A DNA stretch of 64,000 nt from Nymphaea colorata (taxonomy: Eukaryota). The stretch spans positions 14,632,001-14,696,000 of the forward strand of contig NC_045138.2 of the NCBI RefSeq assembly GCF_008831285.2, read 5' to 3'. The first letter of the stretch is position 1; every line of letters begins with the position of its first letter. The notes beneath the pieces are model-generated. The model saw only the letters and a list, made by a program, of their open reading frames with translations. It was not told the DNA's origin and made no database searches. Shown here piece after piece: positions 37,570 through 51,900 of the stretch. The translations under genes were made by a program, and so were the position numbers.

Positions 37570-40500
37570 TGCTCAAATGCCTGAAAAAAGAATAACCAAG
37601 GAAAGTTTAGAAACTAATCCAGGTCATCCAGACCCCAGTGTCATGTATGAAAATCATATACCAAAAATCATCCTAATCCAAGTGAACCGGAATTTTTATA
37701 AGCTTTACCATTGTCCTAAGATGCAGGTAAGAGAAATCACAACAGAGTTAAGGCTGCCATGATCTGGCTCATGAAAGCTGAATGTTGCACAATGCATAAG
37801 TTACAGGAACAGCATTGTCCCTAAAAGATATGCTCACTACTGGAAAGCACAAGACATAAAGTTGGACATGTTACTGCTAAGAACTTTTACCTGAGGACAA
37901 CAAATGCTTGAGAAGCAAATGAAATTTTGCATTCTCCAAAGAAGTGTCATTTATTGGTTTCTTTTGGATAACAACTCAATGTAGCAACCATAATTAGCAA
38001 TCCCCAAAACTTTCATATCATGAATCAAGATCAAGGGCATTAGTGCATGTTGAGTGTGTATGTTTCTAACCATGAAGCATTTCAAAAGTACAATAATGAA
38101 ATACTAACTTCATGAATACACTTCCATTTCTAACCATGAAACATTTCTCTCTTAAAAAATGATACTTCTTTCCTAACGCTCCTAATCCCCCTTTTCCTGC
38201 CTTCAATGACATGGCTCTGGCTGCATAGGCTATACGCCAAGATAATCTTGAATACAAAGAAAAAGAACGATGAAACCCCAGGCAACGTGAAAGTGATCCA
38301 AGGATGTAGTCCTTAGCATCACATTTCACTAAGAATTGCTCCAAAGTTCCCGATAGGAGTCCTGAAGTACACTAAGATAATATAATTACTCAATGTACCA
38401 AGCTGTGCCTCTCATGTTCACAGTTCCTACTTGAACAAAAAAAAATAGCATACGAGTAGAAATAAGAGATCTGGAATGATTTCTACAGATGGTCCCTCAA
38501 GTAAGACAATGTATACAAAAAAAAGTTATGAGATAGAGATAGTAGAACAATATCAAGTAGCGACCTGCACAGGAAACATGGGAAACATCGAAAGAAGTAT
38601 TAACCCCTCGGGCAATAATTAGATATAAATGAAGATGGACCAATGGAGTGAATATTGACAGCATCAGAAATTGCTATGTTCTACATTTTTACTACACAAG
38701 CATGCGAATATTCTACCTAGTCACTTTTCAATATGCTTCTACGAGATTGTAAATATGCCCATTGTCAGAATCTGATTTAATTTACATGCCATTAACGTAT
38801 TTGTCTATAAGTAATAGCATAACATGGAATCCACAAAATCAGTCAACGAGGAAGCCTAATTGTTCACACAGATTCGTATAATTTCTTCTTTCACCTTTCT
38901 CCATGTGGTGATTGTCGATATGCAAATGTCGCCAGATCAAGCCACACATAACAAGATTAAAAAACGCCCTTAAATGTAGATAACCAAAATGAGAACACCT
39001 TTCGCACTTCCAATTGGTAGGAAGCCACGATTCCAAGGTAGCTAGTTCAATCCAAAGTCGACAACCATCATTCTCTGTACATCCATCATATGATACGCTT
39101 CAACCTTCTTTTGCAGACCATCTTAACATAATAGAAAAAAATATAAACAGAACCGCAAACCCTATCAAGGAAAGAAAATGAATTTTTATCGATGTGAGAG
39201 ACCACAAGGAGGGGGGAAACGATGGTAAAGAAAAAGAAAAATCCACCTTAAAGCCCAGGAAATTCGGAGTAAATCTGTAGGAAAACAACCCCCTGAGTAA
39301 AATTTCGACAGACAACACTTATAAATTGCAAACAGGAGTACGGGACCCCGCAGACCTGAGGCCTCCGATTCTCCCAGCGCAGCAAGAATCAGAAGCGAGC
39401 CCCACTCCGACATAATTAGGGTTTTCGCAACATCTCAATCCATCAAGAAAGAAACAACAGAAGAACTAGGGATTGTGAAAACAGGCGGACATGGCGCACC
39501 GCAAACTCGTCGATCGATCGGAAGCCGGAGATTGATCATGCCACCAGAGACCTCTTCTGCCACAAACCGAATCCCTCGTCCGGCGAAAAGTGATTGTGAT
39601 CGCGATCGCCGGTTAACCTCGCCGGAAAACGTGCGCCGAGTCCGAAGACGGATAACGACGGAGAAAATGGTCGCCGTTCGCCTGGAAGGGGCATTAAAAC
39701 CCTGTTGGTATTTATATTAATTCTCGGAGGAGCCGGAAGCTCATGAAAACAAATGAAGAAAAATAAATCTTTGAATTTATCGAACGCAATAATGACCTGT
39801 AAATGGGGCACATATTAAACAGAAGCCTCCAATACATCTTTTTTCACGTCAACGAAATAACCCCAATTTTTACCTTCGAATTTCTCGCTCGTGTTCCTCC
39901 ACGGATGGACGGATGACGTGATAGGAACTTGACTCTTAGGTGCTGCATCTCACATGTTTGACGTTTCCGCCCAAGTCGTTGCCCTTTACCCTCGGTGTTT
40001 GGGGTCGGGTTGGATTTCATGGCTTCCCGCGGAACCGTACTTGTGTTTGTGTCACATTGGCAGGAACCGGTTTTCCCTGAACTGGACCTTTTTTCTTCTT
40101 TGAAAATTGTATTCTCTTATATGAACTAGTTTTAGTTTGTTCAATAATCAAGACATTATATTTGAGTTAAAATGTCCTATTAGCATTATTATATAATCCA
40201 AAACTCATTCATGTCTAATAAGATTGTGTTCTGCTTTTTATATCGGACTTAAGTTCGTTGATTCAAAGATGGCACCCACAAGTACTGAACTAGAAATATG
40301 CTGCTTCATATGTTTCTAGCTGGTTAACCAGCTATGCTATATTGCGGGATTTTCTTCTTTGTAACCAAACTTCAACCCTAAGAGATTGGGAATGTTTGAT
40401 CGTTATTCTGGGCTGGACATTGATCCTATTAAGGCAAGCGTGTTATTGAAATTTGAAGTGGTACAACATTTTGAGAAACTCTATTATAAAGCATCCCATT

Positions 40501-41507
40501 TTCTAATGTAATCAGGTGCATATTCAAGTTGAGTTTGAATTCAACCAAACTAAAGATTGAACTTCGATGCAGGATTGCATAAAAACGGGCATCGTAACCA
40601 GATCCTGTTCCTTTTATCAAACCCGAGTCACCGGGATTGGATTCAAGTTGATAATCAGACAAGTCTCAGACAGGGGTATGGTGCCCATTAAGTGAAGGGG
40701 CGTAGGGTCTCCCTTACTTGTCAAAAAGTACTTCACGTGTGCCCATAAAAATGAATATTTTTGTGCTCTTTCCGACCTAAGTTTCTGACTCCGCAACTAA
40801 CCTGAGCTATTGACACTTTCCTGTTTGAGTTCCCTATATTCCATATTGAGGTCTTTTAGGTGAGATGCAAATGGTATGAAAGCTACACTATACTGGACTT
40901 TTAGCCAAAGTAAGTTTACTATTGCACAACATTGATATCTTCTGAAGTTTTCTTACATGGGGGGCTCCACTTATGAGCACCATCAAGTTGATAAGACGTA
41001 AAGGGTTTGACTATTAGGTACATGTTCCATGTTGCAAGAACAAGTTGAGCATTCTCTCTAGTAGATCATGGGGAGGTTTACTTGAATGTGCTGTCATTAA
41101 GTAGTTTTCTTCAAGGGTTTTTTTTTTTTTAAATTTATTTCGATACTAACCAGCTTATGTCAACAAAAAAGATAAACTCTTAAACTTTCTTTTCAACTTG
41201 AAAGTCTTAAGTTTAATCAGCAATCATGCCCAACACAGTGATCATTTACCCAAATAAAGGTAGATAGCATCTACGATGTGCCAGATGGGATCTGACGGTA
41301 CATACATGGTTCTTACACTGTAGCGAGGGTATCAAATGGGTTTTATGCGGCCAGAAGTAGGACCAATTCTCATGATTGGGATGACTTAACCCAGAAAAAA
41401 GAAAAGTTTTGAAGGGGTTTTGACTTTGCTTTTACTTGACATCGTCCCCAGAAAGTTAATTCACAAGAAAAACATCATGTGTAGAACTCGATCGTATTTG
41501 CTAGAAA

Positions 41508-41542
<35 letters not shown>

Positions 41543-41805
41543 CAGCAGAAGGGTAGTGGCTAGCAAGCTACATACATCCAGGTTCGAAGTTTCAAAGAAA
41601 CACGATAGCATCACATAAACACATGGTTTCAGAAAGGAAATTCATGGAGGAAGGGACTAAAAATATGAACATGAATCTCCCATGCAACTGTCAAATTGTA
41701 AGGCTGGTGAAAGTATGTTACAAGTAACCTTTGATGTGCTAAAGTCGACCAACAACATAATCGGAAGGCAACGTTATGGTGTTGATTCTATCCTGTCGAG
41801 TGCTG

Positions 41806-41988
41806 CATAAGAGATTGACCAATGAACATGACAATCGGCTGGTGAATTCCCAGATGTCAAAAATGACTTCCATTACTTTTTTATGCCGATCTTATTATGT
41901 TCACTGCCTCATAAGAGGCTGATCAATGAACATGACATTCCACTAGTAACTCCTACATGCCATGGCATTCATTACTTTTTCATGCGGT
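41806..41988. repeat. Diverged direct repeat, about 80 bp x 2 (period about 104), downstream of the kinase stop
   Basis: CATAAGAG..TGA.CAATGAACATGACA.TC...CATTACTTTTT.ATGC at about 41806 and about 41910. Confidence 0.7.
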
Positions 41989-42300
41989 AATGCGTTCTGA
42001 AAGAACGTAAAAACGTGGGATACATTCAAGAAACTCTGAAGAGAAATAGAAGAAAATTTATGTATTCCTAAAACGATTTCATATGAAGCCACACCAAGAA
42101 CACATTGATGGCATATACATTCTTCCAGAATTGGGGCTTACAAAACCACATATATTTACATATATGCTTTCATCTTGACCAGGCTCTGTTGACAAAAAAA
42201 AGGTCTTTGTGAATGAATCCGCAGATACTCATGTTCCGGTAGTCCACTATTTTTCTCTTCTAGATAATGAATTACTGTACCAATATAAACTCTGCACAGG

Positions 42301-42748
42301 TCACGTCATGCAAGAATTTAAAGTAACCTGCAGAAAATGCTCTACTATTATGGGAGATCAAATATATAGACACCCAGAGAAATATGGTGGTTTGAGACAA
42401 TGAATTCCGACCTCACAAAGGATATCTTCAAGTTCAGAAGTTATTTCTGAAAAGGAAGGACGTTTCCCAGGAACTGCCTCCCAACATCTCCTCATTAAGG
42501 CTAATAATCTGGGGTGAGCATCTTCAGGCAATGGTGGTCGCAGCCCCTGAGGAGAAACAGGGAAGAATGTCAAATGCATCAAGCAAAATTATCAGTGTCG
42601 CCCGCTCTTTGTGCTCCTTATAACACATATTTTGTAAGCACCAGCATTTGCAAATAGATGCCCACACAAATGCAACAGCAACACAAACTGTCCATGAAAT
42701 TTATTTTTGAACACTGTCACAAAGTTCATCAATTATTTTACTTTGACA

Positions 42749-42791
<43 letters not shown>

Positions 42792-42858
42792 GGAGAGTTA
42801 AAATCTGCTGGATGTTGCCAATGGCTAAAAATTAAAAATCTGACACTGTACTGCAGGT

Positions 42859-42904
<46 letters not shown>

Positions 42905-45900
42905 TGTACTGCTGATGCTAACATGACAAAAAAATACAGTTTTTCTGAAAATCTGATAGGGAAACCTCAACTACAAAAACCAGCACGGCATTTTGAGGAA
43001 AGTTGACTGATGAAAGCTTGCACTTTCTAAGTACTAACAAAGTTATAGTCATTGTCAAACCCTACATCCCTTCCAATGGCAACAATGGAGAAGGGGGTAA
43101 AGAGAGACCATTGACATGGACATGGACTACATTCATGGAATGGCCGGCCTTCTAATGCTTGCAAGATTTTGAAGAATGTACTCAGCCTATGTTTTCCCAA
43201 TTCCCCTCTGGGCACCAGGTGGGTTTGTGTGCGTGAGAGAAAGAGAGAGAGAGAGAGACAACAGGAGATGGGTATGGGTTGTTGCTCACTAAGTTGTGAT
43301 GGCTTGGGTCTGTGAAAAGGTTTAGTACAGAGAATTCAGCCTAAACTTCAAGGCAAAATAGAAAAATGCTACCTGCAAATCATACCTGTCTCACTCCCAA
43401 AGCAGCCTGTAATGGTGTCATGGTATCATATGGGATCTGCATGATAATAACCAAAAACATTGCTAAATAAAAGAAAAACGCAGAAGCCATGCTGTTAAAA
43501 TCAAGTAGCAAGTTTTCAGGAATCTCAGGTACTAAAAGAAGAAAAATTAGATGTGTTCAAGGAAGAACCTTTGATGTTGCCAACTCCCACAGTACGATGG
43601 CAAAACTGAACACATCTGCCTTTTGATCATACGGCTGATGATTTATCACCTGGTATAGACCAAAACATAAACTTTAGTGGTACATAAATTTCTACAAAAT
43701 TAGTTCTCAACGTCCCAAAAAGAGTACAACACAAACTGTATTGTCAACCTAGGCAACTAGTCCACCAACTAGGTGCCCTAGTTGATAGCCATTAGCCAGC
43801 GGACTAGTCAACGGCCACATAGTCAGTAGGGCCATGGTAGTCAACTGGTCAATGAATGACAACTAGGTTTTCTTATGAGTTCCACATTTGGTTTTTTTTC
43901 TTTTTCTTTTTTTTTAAGAAAACCTTCCTTTTCTTTTCAGAAGTGTCTTACGCATGCACATTATATTGGTGACTCTCTCTCTCGTGTGAACAAAAGGTAC
44001 ATCTCCTAAGTCTCTTTATCTCTCTATGCGTGCAGTGGAATGCCTAGTTCCAAAAAGTCCTTTAGGGCTTTGACTAACCCCATGCCCAACTTCTGATTTT
44101 CAATAACTCATAACATAAATCAAGAAACAGATGGCACATTAGCTCTTTTGTTTTTTCCTCCAGGGGCTTTTCTAATATGATGACATGTGTCTGTTCCCTT
44201 GGCTGCACGTTCCAACTGTAGGATTCCATGGTAGACTATACTTGACACTCCTACACTGGAGGGAGGAGAGGTTCTTCCTCTTTAATCAGACGTAAAGAAA
44301 ACTAAGCAAGTCACCAATGGTGGAGCAGCTAGTAAATCTCCAACTACTGGTTCTCCGCCTTGAAGTCAATTAGAATGGTGGACTTCTTAATGTCCTGCTC
44401 CAGTCTTCCTTAAGGCTTAAAGTATCAAGAACTCTCTTACTCTTCATATTCCCCTACTGATTGATGTATACTAAAGGACAACAGGATGGAGGGAAGGTTG
44501 TAAATTGTATAGTAAACAAATCTGAGTAGGATGACACATTTACTTTTCTATTGCACAAACACCACCCGAACAGCACACACAAACCATGCACCAAGCACAA
44601 CTTTAACAGCATGCTAAGGGTAAACACTTTCTTGTGCTTGCACTTATTGAAATTCTGTTCAGAAACCTTCATACAGGAACCTGTATAGAGAATTTCCAGA
44701 AGCTCAGCAATTCTTCCATTCCAACTTAGCTGCTGGTGCTGCTATTGGCATAACAACTGGTATACCACAGGTTCACCCCACGAAGTCCACTCATATCAGG
44801 ATTGGCTCGACGCAGTTCTCCTTTTAACACCATCATTAAATAGGAACTAAACTGTCGCATTATGCGTTAAAGCCCAACCCAATTACCACTTGAATAGATG
44901 GATAACTACACGTCTGGGACCTTCTCCTGCCCAGGATGTGATGAGCAAAGTCTAAAACAGTAACTTGAGACTTGACCAAAAGTGAAAATACTTGTATCTC
45001 TCCTGGTAATTCGGTGACTTGGTCTGGATTTGACTACTTATTTTCTCTATAAAAGTGTGCTTGTTTATTAGAGTTTCTAACTCATGATAATATTCACATA
45101 TTATACGATAGTATATATGGAAATAAATGTGCACTGAAATGCAACTACATTACTAGTATATGCATATGCAATGCATTTGTATAATACAGCGAAGCTCCTG
45201 TTTTTATGTATATTGAGCTTAGTGGATTTTTATCAAGTTTTCTAGGGCAAAAAAAAAAACTTGCTTAAAAATCTTACACTGTTCATATGAGGAATATCTA
45301 AGCTGAGCGCAAACTGAACCATAGTTTACATACTGCACTGAGCAACCATGCTGAAGAAGGTGACCAAGGTGAAATAGACAACTAAAAGATACTCATCGAA
45401 GCATAGAAAGGAAATACAACAGGAGAAATTCCGTATTCTATGATGGAAAGTCACCATGAACTACTGAGGTCGAACATTTACATAGACTAAAATGAACTTT
45501 GTGCCTATGACACATGAGTAAACTTCACTAATAAGCTTCCAAGCAACTTTTATTTTGTTTCCTTTGGATTTATTTTCTCCTTGCATAGATATCCTTTCAT
45601 ATTTCTGTTTTTAGGTTCTCTACGTGCCCCTGCTTGGCCCATTCCTACACCGGGCTCAGGCTCCTAGTCCGGCGGATTGCAATTCACAGCTTTGGATTTT
45701 GCACCAAAAACGGCTATGAACAAACACTTAACAACCCTTTTTATAAGTCACCCCCAAAATTTCTCACAATCTTAGATACGGGACTAAACTGTTCAAAGTG
45801 AGGGATTGCAATCTAGACACCATAAGGCATACACACCCACATGTGTGGAGCCTAAGTCCGATTGTTGAATCCATTCGGATACCACTTGTCATGACCTGGC

Positions 45901-48900
45901 CCATTCCCACAACATGCTCGGACTCTTGGTCTGGCAAATCCCAACCTCTCTCACAGCAGCTTTGGTTCCTTCCTTGGAACGGCTATAAACCAAGACAATC
46001 AATCACTTAACAACCCCCATTATAAGTCCCTCAAAATTTCTCACAATCTTAGATACGAAAGTAAATTTTTCAAGTGGGCATTATAGGAGGGAACAAACAA
46101 TAGCTTAAAAAAGTACAAAAACACTAGTGATGCTACCTCAGGTGCCATCCACCTATATGTTCCAGTTTCTGCTGTCATTATTCCCCCTTGATTTAGGAAA
46201 CGAGCAACACCAAAGTCAGCCACTTTAACAACCTGAGCACATTTAATTTCATCAAATTAGTAAACACATTAATTGACTTGCCATGCATCTAACATAAAGT
46301 GGCTGCTTCATCACATAACAACTATGCTTGCAAGGAATAATTATATAAAATCTTAATGTGCTTATAACTTCACAAATTCCAATTTTCCACTCAGAAAATG
46401 ATTGTCCTTTATGATTTGCAGTATAGCAACATGAGCAATACCATTCTTTTATTTATTTAGCCTCATATCATGTTTCCTTTTTTTTTTTTCTTGGTTCAAC
46501 AGCATGGACAGAATTACACAATGACAGTGGATAGGTATGCTAAGGATTTCTCCCTTAAACATACTTGCATGGCTTGCATGCACAACACAAACACATTTAC
46601 ACAAACATTTTTTCATAAAACATGTATCTTAAAAAGGTTCTGCAAATTAGAGTCACAAGTTATAAGAATATCTCTTACATACACTAGTTATCAATAGCAA
46701 ATGAATGGCATTATACTAAATCAGAGAAATAACATGAAGTATTCAAGACAGCAAATGCCCAGGATTACGATTAATCACATGTCAACATTAAATTAATCTG
46801 CGTTTACTACATACATTCCCATTGTCAATAAGGAGGTTTGCTGTCTTCAGATCCCTGTGAATTATGTTGTTTTGATGCAAATACTCCATGCCTTTGCTAA
46901 CATCTATTGCAAATTTAAGCAATTTGGGGAGCTCCAAAACCCTGTTTTGCTTGTGCACTAAATCATAAAGATTTCCTCCAGGCATATACTCTGCAATATT
47001 GCAAATGAAGCATGAGTCAGAACCGAACATATTGTGAAGAGAAGGGGAAACAGAAAACTGAAGCACTTGACTGAAATATTTGCATCATCCCATGTGAAAA
47101 ACTACAGGGGACGTTAACAGAAATATGAATTTTGTAGCCGAAAAAAAAAGAAAGAAGAGGAAGAAGAAGAAGAAACAGGGAATATCCAAGGTTCTAGATA
47201 TAAAAGGTCAACCCACGTGGATCTGAATCTCAACTAAACTGAGAGGTGATAACATAAGCGTCAATGGATCAAATTAAAGCTGTGATTCACCAAAAGACAC
47301 AAGAAGAAATCCATGAAACACAATCATACCTACTATGATGTTTAAACAACCAACCTGTTATTATGCACAACTGAGGAGCTTTTGTACATGCACCAACAAA
47401 GCGGACAACATTTCTATGCTGAACTTCCCTGCAGGTCACATTCTTATGATTAAGACAGGAAAAAATGACCAATGGGTCTATCAATTGCTAACATTGTTCT
47501 GACTTCTAAGCAGAGAAAAAAATTGAAGGTTTTCTTTTGATATTCAACTACATATATACATTATAAAGTGGACAAAATACCAAGCTAAAGGCTAATGGGC
47601 AATATATTTATCCCCTTAGCATCTAAATTTAAATCATGGTTTAATATCAATAATCTATTAAAGACTAACAAAGTGCAAGAGAAGAATGATCGGTGAAAGC
47701 TCAAAAAACATAATGCCAAATAAGCAAGTTTCTCACTATTGTTCACTAATTTTCATCTCATACAGTCCATTGGATGAGCAACAAAGCCACAAAGGGCAAT
47801 GTCCTTTTTCATCAAGTTATACCACCATCACCAGTCTCCATATATAACAGAAATATTGCTTCTTCAATTACGTCTTCATACCAAAAAAGTTCCCTTTCCA
47901 TCTTCAACTTCTTAGACTTTAGTTTGATTTCATTCACCCAAACCAACAATGAAAAGAAGCAGTATCAAAAGGAGGAGGAACACACAATCAGCAAGAAAAC
48001 AGGACATCATGCCAATACAAGCATCTGAGGGAAGAGTACGACAAGCTAAACTCCAAGCCACTTCACCATAAGAATCATATGTTTGAAAACAGAACAGCAA
48101 CTTGATGGGTAGTAAACCATGTTAAGAAAGACTCCGTAACATAGACACAAAAGGAAACCCTTATTATGTAGATGAAATTGTAAGAACACACAACGTAGCA
48201 AATTAGACCTGCCCAAGACTCTCAAAGAATATGTACCACACTCTCATAAGTTTCACTTGTAAGAAAAGGTTAACTCTACAAGTATATGGATTAATTAGAC
48301 CACATCATAAGTTCCAAAGAAGTCTATGAGCATGGTCTATAATAACCAGATAAAAATAGCAGTGAATGAAAAAACAATGGAAAGGGGTCCATATAATCAA
48401 AAAGGGAAAAGGCCAATGCTATAGGCAGTTTCTGGATGAGAAAATTCAGATGGGTTACTTGGAACTAACAACTTGCATAAGAGGAAGTTTCTGTAATTTG
48501 TTGTTTGGAAGTAAGAACTAGCAATGTGACTTCAAGTATGAATTAAGAAGGTAAGTGAAAGTGCTTGAGTATTATTTGAACTAGACAAAAAATAGCATCT
48601 CTGCTGGACTTGCCATTAAGAATGCATTGTTATATCTGATGAACTGCTATGACATTAGACCTTCTCGCTGATTATCTTACGATCCCTCACCTCAAGATCA
48701 TAACTTCTTGTGTAAATTCAACTTCTATAGCTTCATTTAGATGCTCAGGTCTAATAACCTTTATTGCAACATCATGCCCCAGGTAAATGCCTCGGTACCT
48801 GCATGGAAGTTAATATTGACTCGGAACAGAGATGCCTCAATTAACAATAATGTCATTACAAAAAAACTGCTAACATTTCTGGTTTCCTAGACTTACAGAT

Positions 48901-51900
48901 CTCCACAAGATCCAGATGCAATCTTTTCTCCCATCTTCAACAATCTTCTGTCGATCTCCCAATCCTCCTGTCTTTGAGGGGCCAAAAGAATCCTTTCACT
49001 GGCTGAATGTGATGAAGAGCCTGACCATGAATCCTGCATTCTCATACAGAAGGGCAATAGTTACATTTCCAGACAATGCAACATGTTAACAGAGTGACAA
49101 CATGTTCTTTCAACATCAAAACTTGGCTACACAATTTAGAAAGATATTCAGAGCTTCAATATAAGATAAAACTGTAAATAACATGACAAAGGTTCAAGCA
49201 TCACTTGAAATGTGGAAAGTCATCTGTACCATTGTCCATTCTAGTGCTATAAAGACCGAGCTTCACAAACTCAGTCAGGTACAGTTAGATGTTGACAACA
49301 TTTCACAACATGGTGCACAAGAAATGAGCAGAGAAAATTTATACACCAGGACAACACATCAGCAATCAAAAAAACACAAATGAATAGAACTGCTGAAGTA
49401 AAAACAGAACATTGAACCTTTTTCATGTCTGTAGCAAAACCAATTCTTAGAAATTAATGAACCTTTTTCATGTCTGTAGCAAAACCAATTCCTAGAAATT
49501 AATCCATTGTAACTGAAAGACGCATACAAACTATTTCAAAAAAACAAATTCATAACTGCCACAGTTATCATTTAATGAAAATAGTATGTATTCAGCTGAG
49601 CAGCTTTAACTTTAACATATCAGATTTGCTGATACACGCTAAATGAAGACCATAATTCTAATTTCTAAATACCTATATCATACTTTAAGGTGTATTTCCA
49701 AAAATAAAATTTCTACATTGCTATGACAAAAAAAAAAGATACATCTGAATGAAAAGATTACATTTGCATAATATCACAGCATTTTCTTGACCTCTTGACT
49801 GCTAAAAAGATTCCTGATATGCACCATGGAAAGCACTAGTTTTCAAATTGTTCTCACCAAAATTAAGACAGGGTCATAATTAAGGTTACACATAGGGAAA
49901 TATGTTTTTATTTTTTCACTCAGGTGTTTGAAATACATATGGGTGTCTGTCAAATGATAAAAGACCCATAGCAACGGTGTACAAAATTTTTCCCTCTTAA
50001 AGATCATACTTGACATTGAAAAAGCAACCTGTGTGATCTACAGTAGATAAGCAACTAAGCACATGTATACAAGATCCATCTAGTGTATATACTTGACATC
50101 AATGACTTACTAATTACATTATCTTTACAGTCTCCAAATCTAGTGAAGTATATGATATTTATACTATAACCTACACACACACGCGCGCTCTCTCTCTCTC
50201 TCAAGGAGTTACCTATTGTAATGCTGCAAACAAGATCAAAGCACTCAAACAAAAACAAGTTCACAAACTCCAGGCTGCTAGCTAAGCTCTTCTCATTAGA
50301 AGCTTCCTCGATAAATTAACTAAGTGCACATATCTGATCCACTTTCTATAGAAAAATCATATGGAAGAAAAACCAGACTTATGCTTGTAAGACCAAGAGG
50401 CCTCCAAAATTAAGCAAATAAGTTATGCTGTTAAGTATTAACATAAGGATCACAACTAAAAAACAGAAGACAATAACACGTCAATTGTCAAGTCAATGTA
50501 GCAAATTAAACCCCAAGAGGATTGAGGAGACATACGTAGACAAGACATGAATGTATCCTGCATAAGGTACAGACAAAGTAATGGATAATAGGAATCTTTT
50601 TGTTCTCTAGAATCTTACCTCACTCCCAGCTACAGCTTTCTCCAGTGCTTGCTGCAGGCCATCTGCGTCCTGGCCACATCATTGCATTAGTCAGGAACGT
50701 ATCAGCTCTGCACATATCCTGTCATAGAATGGAGCTAGCATCACAAAATACAAAAGATTTCCTCTCTCTATTAATTGTGTCAACCCCTTTAAAGGAAATC
50801 TTCTGCTTCACTGATACCAAACAAGTGGCAAACAACTGGTATCAAGTTGATAGCTTTCATGTTCTCAGTAAACATGCTGAACATTTGTTATTTTTAACTG
50901 CCCAATGAAGTTAGACATTGATTGAATTCACCTAAAACCCTTAAAAACAATCTCCTCATGGAGACAACTAACTCAAGGTGGCTTGAAAATAGCATGCTCC
51001 TACAGGTCACTTCAGCCTAGGGAACCTATACAATGAATTAAGCTGGAAAAGAAACAAGGAAAGATGCCATGAACACAAGCATATACTAAGACATCATCTG
51101 CCAGTTTCTGTACGAAAGGCCAGTATGGATGACCAGCTGCTGAGGTACAGTGACGTTGAAAGATGTAATTTCTTAACATTTGATTGGTCATCTGTTGATT
51201 TAACGTCCCATCTTCATTAATCTAATTATAAAACTGTTAGGTAATCCAATCAATGGAAAACACGTAGTTTTGACTATCAAGATCCCTAAATACTGCAACT
51301 CATATTATACCCATTTTGGTTTGTAACACTAGTTTAACTCATAGGACATGCAATTCTCTAACTAGGTTATATTTTCTTCATAGCAATTATAAATTTTGCA
51401 AACTTCAGAAACCTTTTACGCCTTGATGAAGTATACTATTTGTAGATTTTCTAGAAAAATCTAAACTGAGTGCCTGCATCAGCATCACAATGGATTACAG
51501 CTTCCTCTTTAATTCCCTTAGCTTTGGAAAGTGAACTACCAGCCTGGACAAAGCTTGAAACTGGCCTTGTAATCCTCTATAGCTATTCCACTAATAGTTC
51601 CTGGTTCTGTAGCTGCAGAGCCATTGACAAGCAACACTGGCTGTCAAAGTCATGAAGTTGCTATCAAACTTCTCAGGAAAAACAATAATGATAACACTAA
51701 TAATAACAGCCCTTTTTTCCTTAGGTTTAGTTTTTTTCATTTCTTCTTTTTTCTCCCAAATTAGATCAAGATAACATGATGTAACAAATGCAGATTGAAA
51801 TGTTCAACCATTCAGCCAAGCAATTGAAATGTATGTCAATACATTACCTATGAACTAAAAAAAATCATTTCACCATGACTGTATCAAAGAAAGGAGATTA

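Noticed and set aside
45619..45640. Partial resemblance to the reverse complement of miR164 (ACGTGCCCCTGCTT)
   Set aside because: Short, gapped match with no fold-back partner; it sits at the edge of the TRIM-like repeat.
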